DNA of 46,481 nt from the NCBI GenBank assembly GCA_964474765.1, contig CAYYTW010000001.1, forward strand, positions 1 through 46,481, written 5' to 3'. Shown here piece by piece: positions 9,471-18,207 of the stretch (position 1 is the first letter of the stretch; every line of letters begins with the position of its first letter). The notes under the pieces are model-generated. The model was not told the origin of the DNA and searched no databases. It saw nothing but the letters and a program-made list of their open reading frames with translations. The position numbers were made by a program, and so were the translations under genes. Origin of the DNA: an uncultured Candidatus Saccharibacteria bacterium. Lineage in GTDB: Bacteria > Patescibacteriota > Minisyncoccia > Portnoybacterales > GCA-002795985.

Positions 9471-9940
9471 TATCAATATCAGAGCAGAAGGTAAGAGAAT
9501 TTTTGCTGGAATTAGCCTCCAAAGATCCGGCTCCTGGTAGTGGAAGCGTTGCAGCGTTGGCTGCCGCTATGGCCGCGGCTTTGGTTGCGAAGGTGTGTCG
9601 TTTAACTGTCGGAAAGAAGGAATATGCTGGTGTGGCGGAAGAAATAGCATACGTCCGGGGGCAGTCCGAAGCGCTGATGGCGGGATTAGCTATTTTAGCC
9701 GAAGAGGATAAACGGGCTTTCCTGCGGTTCGTTGCCGATAAATATTCTCCCGAAAGTTTAGTAGAAACGGCGGTGATTCCGTCCAAAGTGGCTAATTTGG
9801 CGAGCGAAGTTCAGTGTTTGGCTAAAATCGTGGCCGAAAAAGGAAATAGAAATCTTTTCGCCGAAGCGAGTCTTGCCATTGATTTGGCAAGGGTCGCGAA
9901 AAGTAATGCACTTTTGATCGCGAAAATGAATTCGCAGTAG
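9467..9940 (+). CDS. formimidoyltetrahydrofolate cyclodeaminase-like (cyclodeaminase/cyclohydrolase family)
   Basis: PAPGSGSVAALAAAMAAALVAKV motif and a helical ~160-aa protein. The ATGA overlap with ftcD indicates translational coupling. Confidence 0.8.
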   Translation: MISISEQKVREFLLELASKDPAPGSGSVAALAAAMAAALVAKVCRLTVGKKEYAGVAEEIAYVRGQSEALMAGLAILAEEDKRAFLRFVADKYSPESLVETAVIPSKVANLASEVQCLAKIVAEKGNRNLFAEASLAIDLARVAKSNALLIAKMNSQ

Positions 9941-9950
9941 TAAAGGGCTT

Positions 9951-9990
9951 GCCCGTCTATCTTGACGGGCTTTTCAAATTCTGTTTAAAT
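9951..9990 (+). promoter_or_regulatory. terminator-promoter module copy 1 (hairpin GCCCGTC/GACGGGC + TTGACG-N17-TTAAAT)
   Basis: gcccgtc 9951-9957 pairs with gacgggc 9964-9970, followed by a T-run. ttgacg 9962-9967, 17-nt spacer, ttaaat 9985-9990. Confidence 0.55.
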
Positions 9991-10061
9991 GAGACAAAAG
10001 AAGAATCTTGACAATCTAAGTGGGCATACAAAGAGCGTTTTTGTTTTAAAAGGAGGAAGAA

Positions 10062-10268
10062 ATGGGACAATGTGAACCCTGTATTGATTTTGTCGGCTAC
10101 GAAAAGAAAAACGGAGTTACTGTGGCGCGGTTTCGGTGGTACAACGGCAGAAAGGCGGATTTTCTTAAGACTCGGGAAGAGTGTGATGTCCGTCTGGAAA
10201 ATTTGCAACGCCAAGGATTGCCTCACGATCAGACATTAAAAGCCATTAAGAATTGGCCGAAGGAATAA
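10062..10268 (+). CDS. hypothetical protein (68 aa)
   Basis: ATG preceded by strong RBS aaggagg. No family recognised. Confidence 0.45.
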   Translation: MGQCEPCIDFVGYEKKNGVTVARFRWYNGRKADFLKTREECDVRLENLQRQGLPHDQTLKAIKNWPKE

Positions 10269-10292
10269 ACGGCTCTTCGGAGGAATATCAAG

Positions 10293-11144
10293 ATGGAATG
10301 GGAAACAACGAGTGCTTCCGGGCTCGAATTGTTGTATGATAAGATTTATCCCGCTTTCGGTTTACCTTTGGGCGCGCATCTGGTGGAGGCGAATGTTGTA
10401 TTGACTTTGGCCGGCGCCAGGGGATATACAGAGTTCTTTGTCAGACGATCCGACTATGGCAGCCAAGAGGAAGTTTGTAAAATTAACAGTGCCATTAGAA
10501 GTCTCGGAGTCCAGTTGACGCATCTTAATGATATGAAATTTATCAACGGAAGAGACGCTACGGTGGTTTTGTCCAAGATTGCCATAGAAAGTCTGGCGGG
10601 TTATCCAGCGGTTTTTTCGGAGATTTGCCAAGAAGTAACATTTTTGAAGCGGATTTCTTCAAATGAAAAAATTGATTGGCCCGATAAGGTTAAAAATGTT
10701 GAACGGCTTCACTTGGCGATTAAGAGGGCGCAGGCGGTCGGCGAAATTGACAAAGATTATAACTCTTCAAATATTCTGCTTGGTTTGATTTTGGGATATC
10801 CTTTCGTAGCGATACTCGACGTAGAGGAAGATAGCTGCCGTAGATTCTTACCGAGCCAATTTCCTGCATGTCCGTACGGAAAATTTTTGGAGAGGCAGGA
10901 TGATCATCGTTTAATATCCTCTGACATTCCTGAAGTGTTGCTCTACGGCGGCGATTTGCCCGACTTCTTTTTCAGTAAGGCGCATCGAGATCATCCAAAG
11001 ATCAAGGCGAAAATAGAGTGCTGGCGGGAAATATTGGCGGATTTTTACGGCTCCGATTGGCACAAAAAAATCAGCCGAGATCGCGATTTTATGAAAGCGC
11101 GTCAAGCTATAGAGGTGTGGCGGAATGATATCTTGGCTGAATAA
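10293..11144 (+). CDS. hypothetical protein (283 aa) embedded in the hut cluster
   Basis: Long ORF with no competing frame and an RBS-like ggaggaa upstream. No motif recognised. Confidence 0.6.
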   Translation: MEWETTSASGLELLYDKIYPAFGLPLGAHLVEANVVLTLAGARGYTEFFVRRSDYGSQEEVCKINSAIRSLGVQLTHLNDMKFINGRDATVVLSKIAIESLAGYPAVFSEICQEVTFLKRISSNEKIDWPDKVKNVERLHLAIKRAQAVGEIDKDYNSSNILLGLILGYPFVAILDVEEDSCRRFLPSQFPACPYGKFLERQDDHRLISSDIPEVLLYGGDLPDFFFSKAHRDHPKIKAKIECWREILADFYGSDWHKKISRDRDFMKARQAIEVWRNDILAE

Positions 11145-11160
11145 CTGTTTTTAAAAAACA

Positions 11161-11199
11161 GCTCGTCTGATTGACGGGCTTTTTAATTTGTGGTTAAAT
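11161..11199 (+). promoter_or_regulatory. terminator-promoter module copy 2
   Basis: gctcgtc/gacgggc hairpin (one G-U pair) plus T-run. ttgacg 11171-11176, 17-nt spacer, ttaaat 11194-11199. Confidence 0.55.
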
Positions 11200-11261
11200 T
11201 GGGAAACAGAATTACATTTGTGATCCTTGATAAATGAAAGAATGCGCGGAGGGGGAAAGAC

Positions 11262-12989
11262 ATGGATAAAGAACAACTGGAAGAGGAAATCCAAAAGTAC
11301 GGACGGCCGATGTATATGGACGAAAGGCCGAAAAGACCTTTCGGCCTGCAGGGCGGCACGCGGCTTCGTTGGTGCAAAAATTGGGACGCGGAAGCGGCGC
11401 TAAGAATGTTAAGGAATAATTTGCATCCACGTGTCGCCTATGACTGGGAAAAGCTGATCGTTTACGGCGGTAGCGGCCGGGCGGCGCGCAACTGGCATGA
11501 GTTTCATCGGATTGTTCGGGCGTTAAAATCGCTCAACGAAAACGAGACTCTTTGCATTCAGTCCGGCAAGCCAGTCTACATCGCGCCAACACATAAAGAC
11601 GCCCCAAGGGTTATCATCGCAAATTCTAACTTAGTCCCCGCTTGGGCCACAGATGAGCACTTTGACTATTTGGATAAATTGGGCCTGATGATGTATGGAC
11701 AGATGACGGCAGGTTCCTGGATTTATATCGGGACGCAGGGAATTTTACAGGGAACTTATGAAACTTTTCGCGCTTGCGCCGAACAGCATTTTGGCGGCAA
11801 TTTGCGTGGCAAGTTTGTTTTGACCGCCGGCCTGGGAGCGATGTCTGGCGCGCAAGCACTGGCCGCAACCATGAACGGAGCCGCGGTTTTAGTCGTTGAG
11901 GTCCGGCGGGAAAAGATAGAACAGAAAGTAAAAGAAGGCTATTGCGATTTTTTAGAAACAGATCTCTTTGCGGCTCTGGTTCGGATAAGGCAGGCGATAA
12001 CAGAGAAGAAGGCAATTTCTGTCGGTTTAGTCGGTAATGCCGCCGAAATTTATCCTGAGTTGGTCAGTCGCGATGTTATTCCCGACATAGTAACCGACCA
12101 AACTCCTGCTCATAACCTTCTATTTTATGTTCCAGTGGGGAATCTTGAGCAGCTTGATGAATTAAGACATAAGGATTCGGAAGCCTACCGAAAAGAAGCT
12201 TTGCATGCTATTTATTATCATGTCGATGCCATTATCGATATGCAAAAACGGGGCGCGATCGCTTTTGATTATGGGAATGCCTTACGTGATCAGGCTTGTA
12301 AAGCCGGCTTATCGGCAGTTCGGAAGCCCGACGGCGGACAGTTTGTCTATCCCGGATTTGTACCGGCTTATATCCGTCCTCTTTTCTGTGAGGGTAAAGG
12401 ACCTTTTCGTTGGGCGGCTTTATCGGGCGATCCGCATGATATCTTGACCATCGATAAAGCGATCTTTAAATTATTTCCGCACGATGAGGGCTTAAAAAAT
12501 TGGATCAGGAAAGTTCAGTCCAAGGTGCCTTTTATCGGTTTACCGACCAGGATTTGTTGGCTGGGTTGTGGCGATAGGGTCAAGCTCGGATTGCTTATTA
12601 ATCATCTTGTCAAAACTGGCCGAGTTAAGGCGCCGATAGTCATCGGACGCGATCATCTGGATTGCGGCAGCGTGGCTTCTCCTTCACGGGAAACAGAAGG
12701 AATGATTGATGGTAGTGACGCGATAGCCGACTGGCCGCTTCTGAATTTTGCTCTCAACGCGGTCAATGGTGCCTCGTGGGTTTCTTTTCATCACGGCGGC
12801 GGCGTTGGTATGGGCATGTCGCTTCATGCCGGCATGGTTATCGTCTGCGATGGGACAAAAGAGCGAGACGAACGTATAGAAAGAGTTTTGGCCGTTGATC
12901 CCGGCCTGGGTGTCGCGCGGCACGCGGACGCGGGTTATGAGATAGCCTGGGAAGTGGCTCGCAAGAAAGGTGTGAAGATCCCGAAATAA
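11262..12989 (+). CDS. hutU: urocanate hydratase
   Basis: 575 aa. The [20 protein letters not shown] and RDHLD..SVASP blocks are characteristic of urocanase. Confidence 0.93.
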   Translation: MDKEQLEEEIQKYGRPMYMDERPKRPFGLQGGTRLRWCKNWDAEAALRMLRNNLHPRVAYDWEKLIVYGGSGRAARNWHEFHRIVRALKSLNENETLCIQSGKPVYIAPTHKDAPRVIIANSNLVPAWATDEHFDYLDKLGLMMYGQMTAGSWIYIGTQGILQGTYETFRACAEQHFGGNLRGKFVLTAGLGAMSGAQALAATMNGAAVLVVEVRREKIEQKVKEGYCDFLETDLFAALVRIRQAITEKKAISVGLVGNAAEIYPELVSRDVIPDIVTDQTPAHNLLFYVPVGNLEQLDELRHKDSEAYRKEALHAIYYHVDAIIDMQKRGAIAFDYGNALRDQACKAGLSAVRKPDGGQFVYPGFVPAYIRPLFCEGKGPFRWAALSGDPHDILTIDKAIFKLFPHDEGLKNWIRKVQSKVPFIGLPTRICWLGCGDRVKLGLLINHLVKTGRVKAPIVIGRDHLDCGSVASPSRETEGMIDGSDAIADWPLLNFALNAVNGASWVSFHHGGGVGMGMSLHAGMVIVCDGTKERDERIERVLAVDPGLGVARHADAGYEIAWEVARKKGVKIPK

Positions 12990-13106
12990 AATCGGCAGGC
13001 GACCACGCCCTCAGCGGTCGGGGTATTGACATCAATACGAAGAAATGTTATATTGTTTGTAAATGTTTTTTAAAAAGACTATGAGGATATTGAGAGGGAG
13101 AAGAAG

Positions 13107-13328
13107 ATGGGAGAGGCTATAGCGGGAGTGTTGGCTATAATTTTTGGTGCAGTCATTTTTCTTGCGTTTTTGGCTATAGTGATTTTTGTTATCGTTTCGG
13201 TGTTAAGCCTTTATGGGCTTATCGTGATAGGCGGCGCGATAATTCTTGTGCTTCTATTGTTTGGTGAGATAATAACAGATATCTTAAGCAAGATTAAAAA
13301 GAAATTTTTGGGATGGCGTAGGCATTAA
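13107..13328 (+). CDS. hypothetical small membrane protein (73 aa)
   Basis: RBS gagggag upstream. Two hydrophobic helices. No family recognised. Confidence 0.45.
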   Translation: MGEAIAGVLAIIFGAVIFLAFLAIVIFVIVSVLSLYGLIVIGGAIILVLLLFGEIITDILSKIKKKFLGWRRH

Positions 13329-13349
13329 GAGATGCGCCTAGATTTCCTA

Positions 13350-13391
13350 GCCCGTCATAAGCTTGACGGGCCTTTTTATTTGTATTTAAAT
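13350..13391 (+). promoter_or_regulatory. terminator-promoter module copy 3
   Basis: gcccgtc 13350-13356 pairs with gacgggc 13365-13371, followed by a T-run. ttgacg 13363-13368, 17-nt spacer, ttaaat 13386-13391, then ttgagacaag as in copy 1. Confidence 0.55.
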
Positions 13392-13417
13392 TGAGACAAG
13401 AAAACGACCTTTGAAAA

Positions 13418-14707
13418 GTGAATGGGGGCGATGAATATATGCAGAGGGAAAGAGCTGATCTGTTGATAATTCATGCCGGCGAACTGTTAACTCTTAGAGG
13501 CGGTAGTCACCCGCGTGTTGGCGTGGAGATGAACGAACTTGGTATTATCGAAAATGGTGCAGCGGCGATCAAAAACGGCACAATCTGCGATGTTGGCACG
13601 ACGGAAGAAATTTTGGAAAGGTGGTCCGGATATGTTGTCTATGCCACCGACAAAGTCGTTATGCCTGGTTTTGTCGATTGCCACACTCACGCAGTTTTCG
13701 CCGGATCGCGGGCGCATGAATACACCGCCAAAATCAAGGGCGAAACTTACGAAAGCCAGCATCGAGAAAAGAAGGGAATTTTTTATACGGTTGAACAAAC
13801 ACGCCGTGCTTTCGAAGAAGAATTAATAGATCGCGGACTGAAAGTTCTGCGTCAGATATTGCGCCATGGTACTACGACAGTCGAGATAAAAAGCGGTTAC
13901 GGTTTAGATTGGCCGAACGAGTTTAAGATTCTCAATGTGATAAAAAAATTACAGGATTTGGCACACGAGCAGATCACCATTATCCCGACTTTTCTGGGAG
14001 CGCATGCGGTTCCTTTGGAAATTGAAGATCATTGGGATTATATCGATCTGGTCGTAGAGATGCTGGTTGTGGTTAGACAAAAGGGGTTAGCGGAATTTTG
14101 TGATGTCTTTTGCGATCAATTGGGTTTCAGTCGCCGTAGCGCAAACTATATTTTGATGGCGGCCGCAGATCTAGGATTCAAGCTTAAGGCTCATCTTGAT
14201 CAGACATCGGGAGCCGCCGGTTTCACTTTGATTAATGATTTCCCTCTGGTTTCTGCTGATCATTTGGATTACACCAAACTTGATGAAATCGCTGAAGACA
14301 AAAGAAGTTTTGTGGCCGTTTTACTGCCTGGGGTTACTTATCATCTGATGGAAATGAAGAAAAAAGAATTCTGGGAAAACAGGGCACAGGAAATTATCAG
14401 CAAGGGCTTCGCAGTGGCGCTGGCCACTGATTATAATCCCGGCTCTTGCCCGTGTTTCTCGATGCAGGCAATTATGGAGCTGGCTGCCAGAATTTACCGG
14501 ATGACGCCCGAACAAATTATTAACGCTGTAACTATTAATGCGGCGCACGCCCTTTGCCGCGGCCACGAAGTCGGCAGTCTGGAAATCGGAAAGAAAGCAG
14601 ATATAATTATCTGCGATGTATCGGATTATCGGGAGCTGATAAACAGTTTTGGCCACAACAAAGTATCGACAGTGATAAAAAACGGAAGAGTGGTCGTCAA
14701 TAACTAA
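13418..14707 (+). CDS. hutI: imidazolonepropionase
   Basis: Amidohydrolase signature PGFVDCHTHAVFAG, ~420 aa, hut context. An alternative ATG start lies at 13439. Confidence 0.9.
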   Translation: MNGGDEYMQRERADLLIIHAGELLTLRGGSHPRVGVEMNELGIIENGAAAIKNGTICDVGTTEEILERWSGYVVYATDKVVMPGFVDCHTHAVFAGSRAHEYTAKIKGETYESQHREKKGIFYTVEQTRRAFEEELIDRGLKVLRQILRHGTTTVEIKSGYGLDWPNEFKILNVIKKLQDLAHEQITIIPTFLGAHAVPLEIEDHWDYIDLVVEMLVVVRQKGLAEFCDVFCDQLGFSRRSANYILMAAADLGFKLKAHLDQTSGAAGFTLINDFPLVSADHLDYTKLDEIAEDKRSFVAVLLPGVTYHLMEMKKKEFWENRAQEIISKGFAVALATDYNPGSCPCFSMQAIMELAARIYRMTPEQIINAVTINAAHALCRGHEVGSLEIGKKADIIICDVSDYRELINSFGHNKVSTVIKNGRVVVNN

Positions 14708-14720
14708 TTTTAGAAAATAA

Positions 14721-14745
14721 ACGTCCTTTCGGGGACGTTTTTTAT
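14721..14745 (+). terminator. intrinsic terminator after hutI
   Basis: acgtcc-tttcgg-ggacgt hairpin followed by tttttt. Confidence 0.75.
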
Positions 14746-14755
14746 TGTTATGATG

Positions 14756-14784
14756 TTGAAAAAAGGAGGACGTAGTGATATTCT
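14756..14784 (+). promoter_or_regulatory. putative leuS promoter TTGAAA-N17-TATTCT
   Basis: ttgaaa 14756-14761, 17-nt spacer ending gtga, tattct 14779-14784. Same architecture as 498-526. Confidence 0.45.
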
Positions 14785-14893
14785 AAGGAGTAATTGGTAG
14801 TATATGAATAAAATAATCCCACTTCAATCCCCCCTTTATATGATGGAAGGAAGCAAGGAGGGGTTAAAAAGTAATGTGTTCGCGATTTTTTTT

Positions 14894-17632
14894 ATGAAAG
14901 AATATAATCCACAGAAAATAGAAAAAAAATGGCAACAAAGATGGGAGAAAAGCGTTTTGTATGGGGCCAAAGATTTTATCAAAAAGCCGAAAAAATATAT
15001 TTTGGTTGAGTTTCCTTATCCGTCCGGCAGCGGTTTGCATGTTGGTCACGCCAGAAGCTATTCGGCTCTGGATGCGATAGCTAGAAAAAAGAGGATGGAG
15101 GGATATAATGTTTTGTTCCCGTTCGGTTGGGATGCTTTTGGTCTGCCGACGGAAAATTACGCGATTAAAACGGGCATTCATCCGCGCCAGGCAACCGACC
15201 GAAACATTAAAACATACAAGCGGCAGATTAAGTCGCTGGGTTTGTCTGTTGACTGGAGCCGTGAAATCGATACGACCGACCCGAAATATTACAAATGGAC
15301 GCAATGGATATTTTTGAAATTTTTTGAAAAAGGCCTGGCTTATCAGGCGGAGATGCCGATTAACTGGTGTCCGTCCTGCAAAATCGGTTTGGCCAACGAA
15401 GAGGTTGTCGATGGCAAATGCGAGCGTTGCGGCGCAGCGACCAAGAAACGGCAAATCAAACAGTGGCTTTTAAAAATTACCGCCTATGCCGATAAGCTGT
15501 TAAAAGGATTGGAAGAGGTTGATTATCCGGAAAAAATTAAGGCCCAACAGATTAATTGGATTGGAAAGAGCGAGGGAACAACCGCAAAATTTGAAATTGT
15601 AATTTCAAATTTTGCGGAAAATCCGAAATCCGAAATCCGAAATCCGAAACAAACTCAAAATTCAAATAACAAAGATTTAAAACAATGTATAGAGATTTTT
15701 ACTACGAGAGTTGATACTATTTTCGGTGTTACCGCTTTGGTTCTGGCGCCGGAACGTCCAATAATTAAGGATTTAGAATCACGAATTAAGAATTACGAAG
15801 AGGTCGAAAAATATATAAAAGAAGCAGCGAAAAAACCAGAGATAGAGAGAACAAGCGAAACAAAAGAACGGACGGGCGTTGAATTGAAGGGGATTTTTGC
15901 GATTAATCCGGTTAATAATGAAAAAGTGCCGGTTTGGATTGCTGATTATGTCTTGGCGCATTACGGCGGCGGCGCGGTGATGGTGGTCCCGGCGCATGAC
16001 AAACGCGATTGGGATTTTGCGAAAAAGTATAATATTCCGATTAAAGAGGTTATTTCCGGTGGTAGTGTCGAAAAAGAGGTATATCCCGATTATGGAAAAT
16101 TAGTCAACTCCGGCCAATTCAACGGAATGACGTCGCAGGAAGCAATTGAAGAAATTTCAAGATGGTTGGAAGAAGGGGGGTTTGGCAAAAAGAAAATAGA
16201 ATATAAGCTTCGCGACTGGATTTTTTCGAGACAGCATTATTGGGGAGAACCTATACCGCTAATTTTTTGCGAGAGCTGCAAGAAATTAGCGGAAAATTCT
16301 AAACTCGAAATCCGCTCTCGCTCGCGAGGAACTTGTTCTAATTCTAAACAAATCCAAAATCCAAAATCCAAAATCCAATTTAGCGACGGCGAATTATTGA
16401 ATCCTGGGTGGATAGCTATGCCAGAGAATAAATTGCCCGTTGAATTGCCATATGTAAAAAAGTACCAGCCGACCGATACCGGCGAATCGCCGCTGGCAGC
16501 GATCAAAAATTGGGTCAATGTTAAATGCCCGAAGTGCAAGGGGTCGGCGAAACGGGAAACGGACACAATGCCTAATTGGGCCGGCTCGTCTTGGTATTAC
16601 CTCGCGTATCTTATGCGAGGAAATTCGAAATCCGAAGCACGAAATCCGAAACAAATTCAAAATAACAAATTCAAAATTAAAAAATATGTTTGGGATAAAA
16701 AGAAAATTAATTATTGGATGCCAGTAGACTTATATAATGGCGGAATGGAACACACGACCTTGCATTTGCTTTATTCTCGTTTCTGGCATAGATTTTTATA
16801 CGACTTAAAATTAGTGCCGACCCCCGAGCCTTATGCGCGGCGGCGTTCGCACGGCATGGTCTTGGCCGAAGACGGGCAAAAAATGAGCAAAAGCCGGGGC
16901 AATGTTGTTAATCCTGACGAGATAATTAAAATTTACGGGGCTGACGCCTTGAGAATCTACGAAATGTTCATGGGGCCTTTCGATCGGGCGATTAGCTGGA
17001 ATCAAAAAGGGTTAGTTGGCTGCTATCGGTTTTTATCAAGAGTTTGGGAAATGGTAAAGCAGGTAAGCAAAGTTAGCTCCGGCGTGATTCAGGTAGTGGG
17101 CCCCAAAATTGCTGGGGGACAGGAAATCGTGCCGGAACAAACAAGGAGAGGGTTGCTTCGAGAGTTGAATAAGACGATTAAGAAGGTTAGCGAAGATATG
17201 GAAGAGATGAAATTTAACACGGCCATTGCCTGCTTGATGGAATCGTCGAATGAAATAGGTAATTTATTGGGCGAAATGGAGAAATGGGGCTATTTCATAC
17301 CACAGGATATTTTTGAAACATATCTAAAATTACTTTCTCCCTTCGCGCCGCATTTGGCAGAGGAGCTTTGGAGCAAATTGGGGCATAAAAAGTCAATCTT
17401 TTACGAAAAATGGCTGAAATACGATCCAAAATTAATTCGAGAGGAAACTTTTGAGCTAGTTGTCCAGATTAATGGTAAAGTCCGCGACGCGATTTCCGCG
17501 ACGGTTGATATTTCGGAAGAGGACGCGAAAGAGTTGGCGTTGAATAGTGAAAAAGTTCAGAAGTGGCTTGAGAACAAGCCGGTTAGAAAAGTTATTTTCG
17601 TAAAAAATAGATTGATTAACCTAATCGTTTAA
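14894..17632 (+). CDS. leuS: leucine--tRNA ligase
   Basis: HIGH-type GLHVGHARSY, KMSKS (QKMSKSRGN), a CP1 editing domain (TTRVDTIFG) and zinc CxxC pairs. MKEYNPQKIEKKWQQRW at 14894 matches the canonical LeuRS N-terminus. The 14804 ORF-track start is probably an upstream extension. Confidence 0.93.
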   Translation: MKEYNPQKIEKKWQQRWEKSVLYGAKDFIKKPKKYILVEFPYPSGSGLHVGHARSYSALDAIARKKRMEGYNVLFPFGWDAFGLPTENYAIKTGIHPRQATDRNIKTYKRQIKSLGLSVDWSREIDTTDPKYYKWTQWIFLKFFEKGLAYQAEMPINWCPSCKIGLANEEVVDGKCERCGAATKKRQIKQWLLKITAYADKLLKGLEEVDYPEKIKAQQINWIGKSEGTTAKFEIVISNFAENPKSEIRNPKQTQNSNNKDLKQCIEIFTTRVDTIFGVTALVLAPERPIIKDLESRIKNYEEVEKYIKEAAKKPEIERTSETKERTGVELKGIFAINPVNNEKVPVWIADYVLAHYGGGAVMVVPAHDKRDWDFAKKYNIPIKEVISGGSVEKEVYPDYGKLVNSGQFNGMTSQEAIEEISRWLEEGGFGKKKIEYKLRDWIFSRQHYWGEPIPLIFCESCKKLAENSKLEIRSRSRGTCSNSKQIQNPKSKIQFSDGELLNPGWIAMPENKLPVELPYVKKYQPTDTGESPLAAIKNWVNVKCPKCKGSAKRETDTMPNWAGSSWYYLAYLMRGNSKSEARNPKQIQNNKFKIKKYVWDKKKINYWMPVDLYNGGMEHTTLHLLYSRFWHRFLYDLKLVPTPEPYARRRSHGMVLAEDGQKMSKSRGNVVNPDEIIKIYGADALRIYEMFMGPFDRAISWNQKGLVGCYRFLSRVWEMVKQVSKVSSGVIQVVGPKIAGGQEIVPEQTRRGLLRELNKTIKKVSEDMEEMKFNTAIACLMESSNEIGNLLGEMEKWGYFIPQDIFETYLKLLSPFAPHLAEELWSKLGHKKSIFYEKWLKYDPKLIREETFELVVQINGKVRDAISATVDISEEDAKELALNSEKVQKWLENKPVRKVIFVKNRLINLIV
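15617..15670. repeat. CGAAATC pentamer-rich repeat (family A), in-frame in leuS
   Basis: gaaaatccgaaatccgaaatccgaaatccgaaacaaactcaaaattcaaat encodes ENPKSEIRNPKQTQNSN. Confidence 0.8.
16291..16380. repeat. family A-related repeat, in-frame in leuS
   Basis: Encodes ENSKLEIRSRSRGTCSNSKQIQNPKSKIQ. It contains a 33-nt segment (16306-16338) identical to 30722-30754 in topA. Confidence 0.85.
16621..16680. repeat. family A repeat, in-frame in leuS
   Basis: aaattcgaaatccgaagcacgaaatccgaaacaaattcaaaat encodes NSKSEARNPKQIQNNKFKI. The same string occurs in intergenic copies at 34109 and 38578. Confidence 0.85.
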
Positions 17633-17785
17633 ACGCGAGACAATGAATGTAAGCTTGCAGCTATTCACGTTATCGCGCGAATAGCGTCATCTTTCGTAAG
17701 CGTTTATAGAGAGCGGAACGCTCGATATATCGGGCGTACCGCCCGTTATAGTATTTCGCAGTAGAATATTTAATTTACCGAAAGC

Positions 17786-18193
17786 ATGAACAAGGAATTT
17801 TCCCATAGGGCATCAAATCTAAATAAGAAAACCAAAGTCGTTTTCATCGCTATGTCGAAGCATAGTTTTTACTTCCGGCGGCATGCGGTGAAATATGTCT
17901 TGAAGCTGGGTTACGCGCCAATCTCGCAGTATGGCATTGTTGATTATTTTCTGATAGACACGGTTGATAGGGATTTGGTGCGGCGCGCTAACAATAATTT
18001 GATTAGAATATCTGATGAAATGTATGTTTTCGGCCCGGTCAGCGATGGCGTTTTGGCGGAAATCCTGATGGTTAAAAAAACGAAGAAACCTATTAAATAT
18101 TTTAAAATAGTTAATTCTAAAAATGTGAAGGAGATAAAAGTCGGCGAGATTGAATTTGAAAAGGGTTTAGAGGGTTTCCGAAAAAATATCTAA
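17786..18193 (+). CDS. hypothetical protein (135 aa)
   Basis: Clean ORF with no family confidently recognised. It has a vague Rossmann-like alternation (VVFIAMS...MYVFGPVSDGV). Confidence 0.5.
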   Translation: MNKEFSHRASNLNKKTKVVFIAMSKHSFYFRRHAVKYVLKLGYAPISQYGIVDYFLIDTVDRDLVRRANNNLIRISDEMYVFGPVSDGVLAEILMVKKTKKPIKYFKIVNSKNVKEIKVGEIEFEKGLEGFRKNI

Positions 18194-18207
18194 GTAAGTA
18201 GAAAAAA

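Noticed and set aside
11687-11693. CUGAUGA strings (e.g. 11687, 18011) as hammerhead ribozyme cores.
   Set aside because: They lie inside well-supported CDSs, with no adjacent stem II / GAAA / stem III arrangement.
15617-15660. Possible CRISPR array because of short tandem cgaaatc / aatccaaaatcc units (also 16350-16380 and 30745-30768).
   Set aside because: The units are 5-6 nt tandem repeats without spacers. They lie inside coding sequence and belong to the dispersed family A repeat. There are no 24-48 nt repeat/spacer periodicity and no cas genes.
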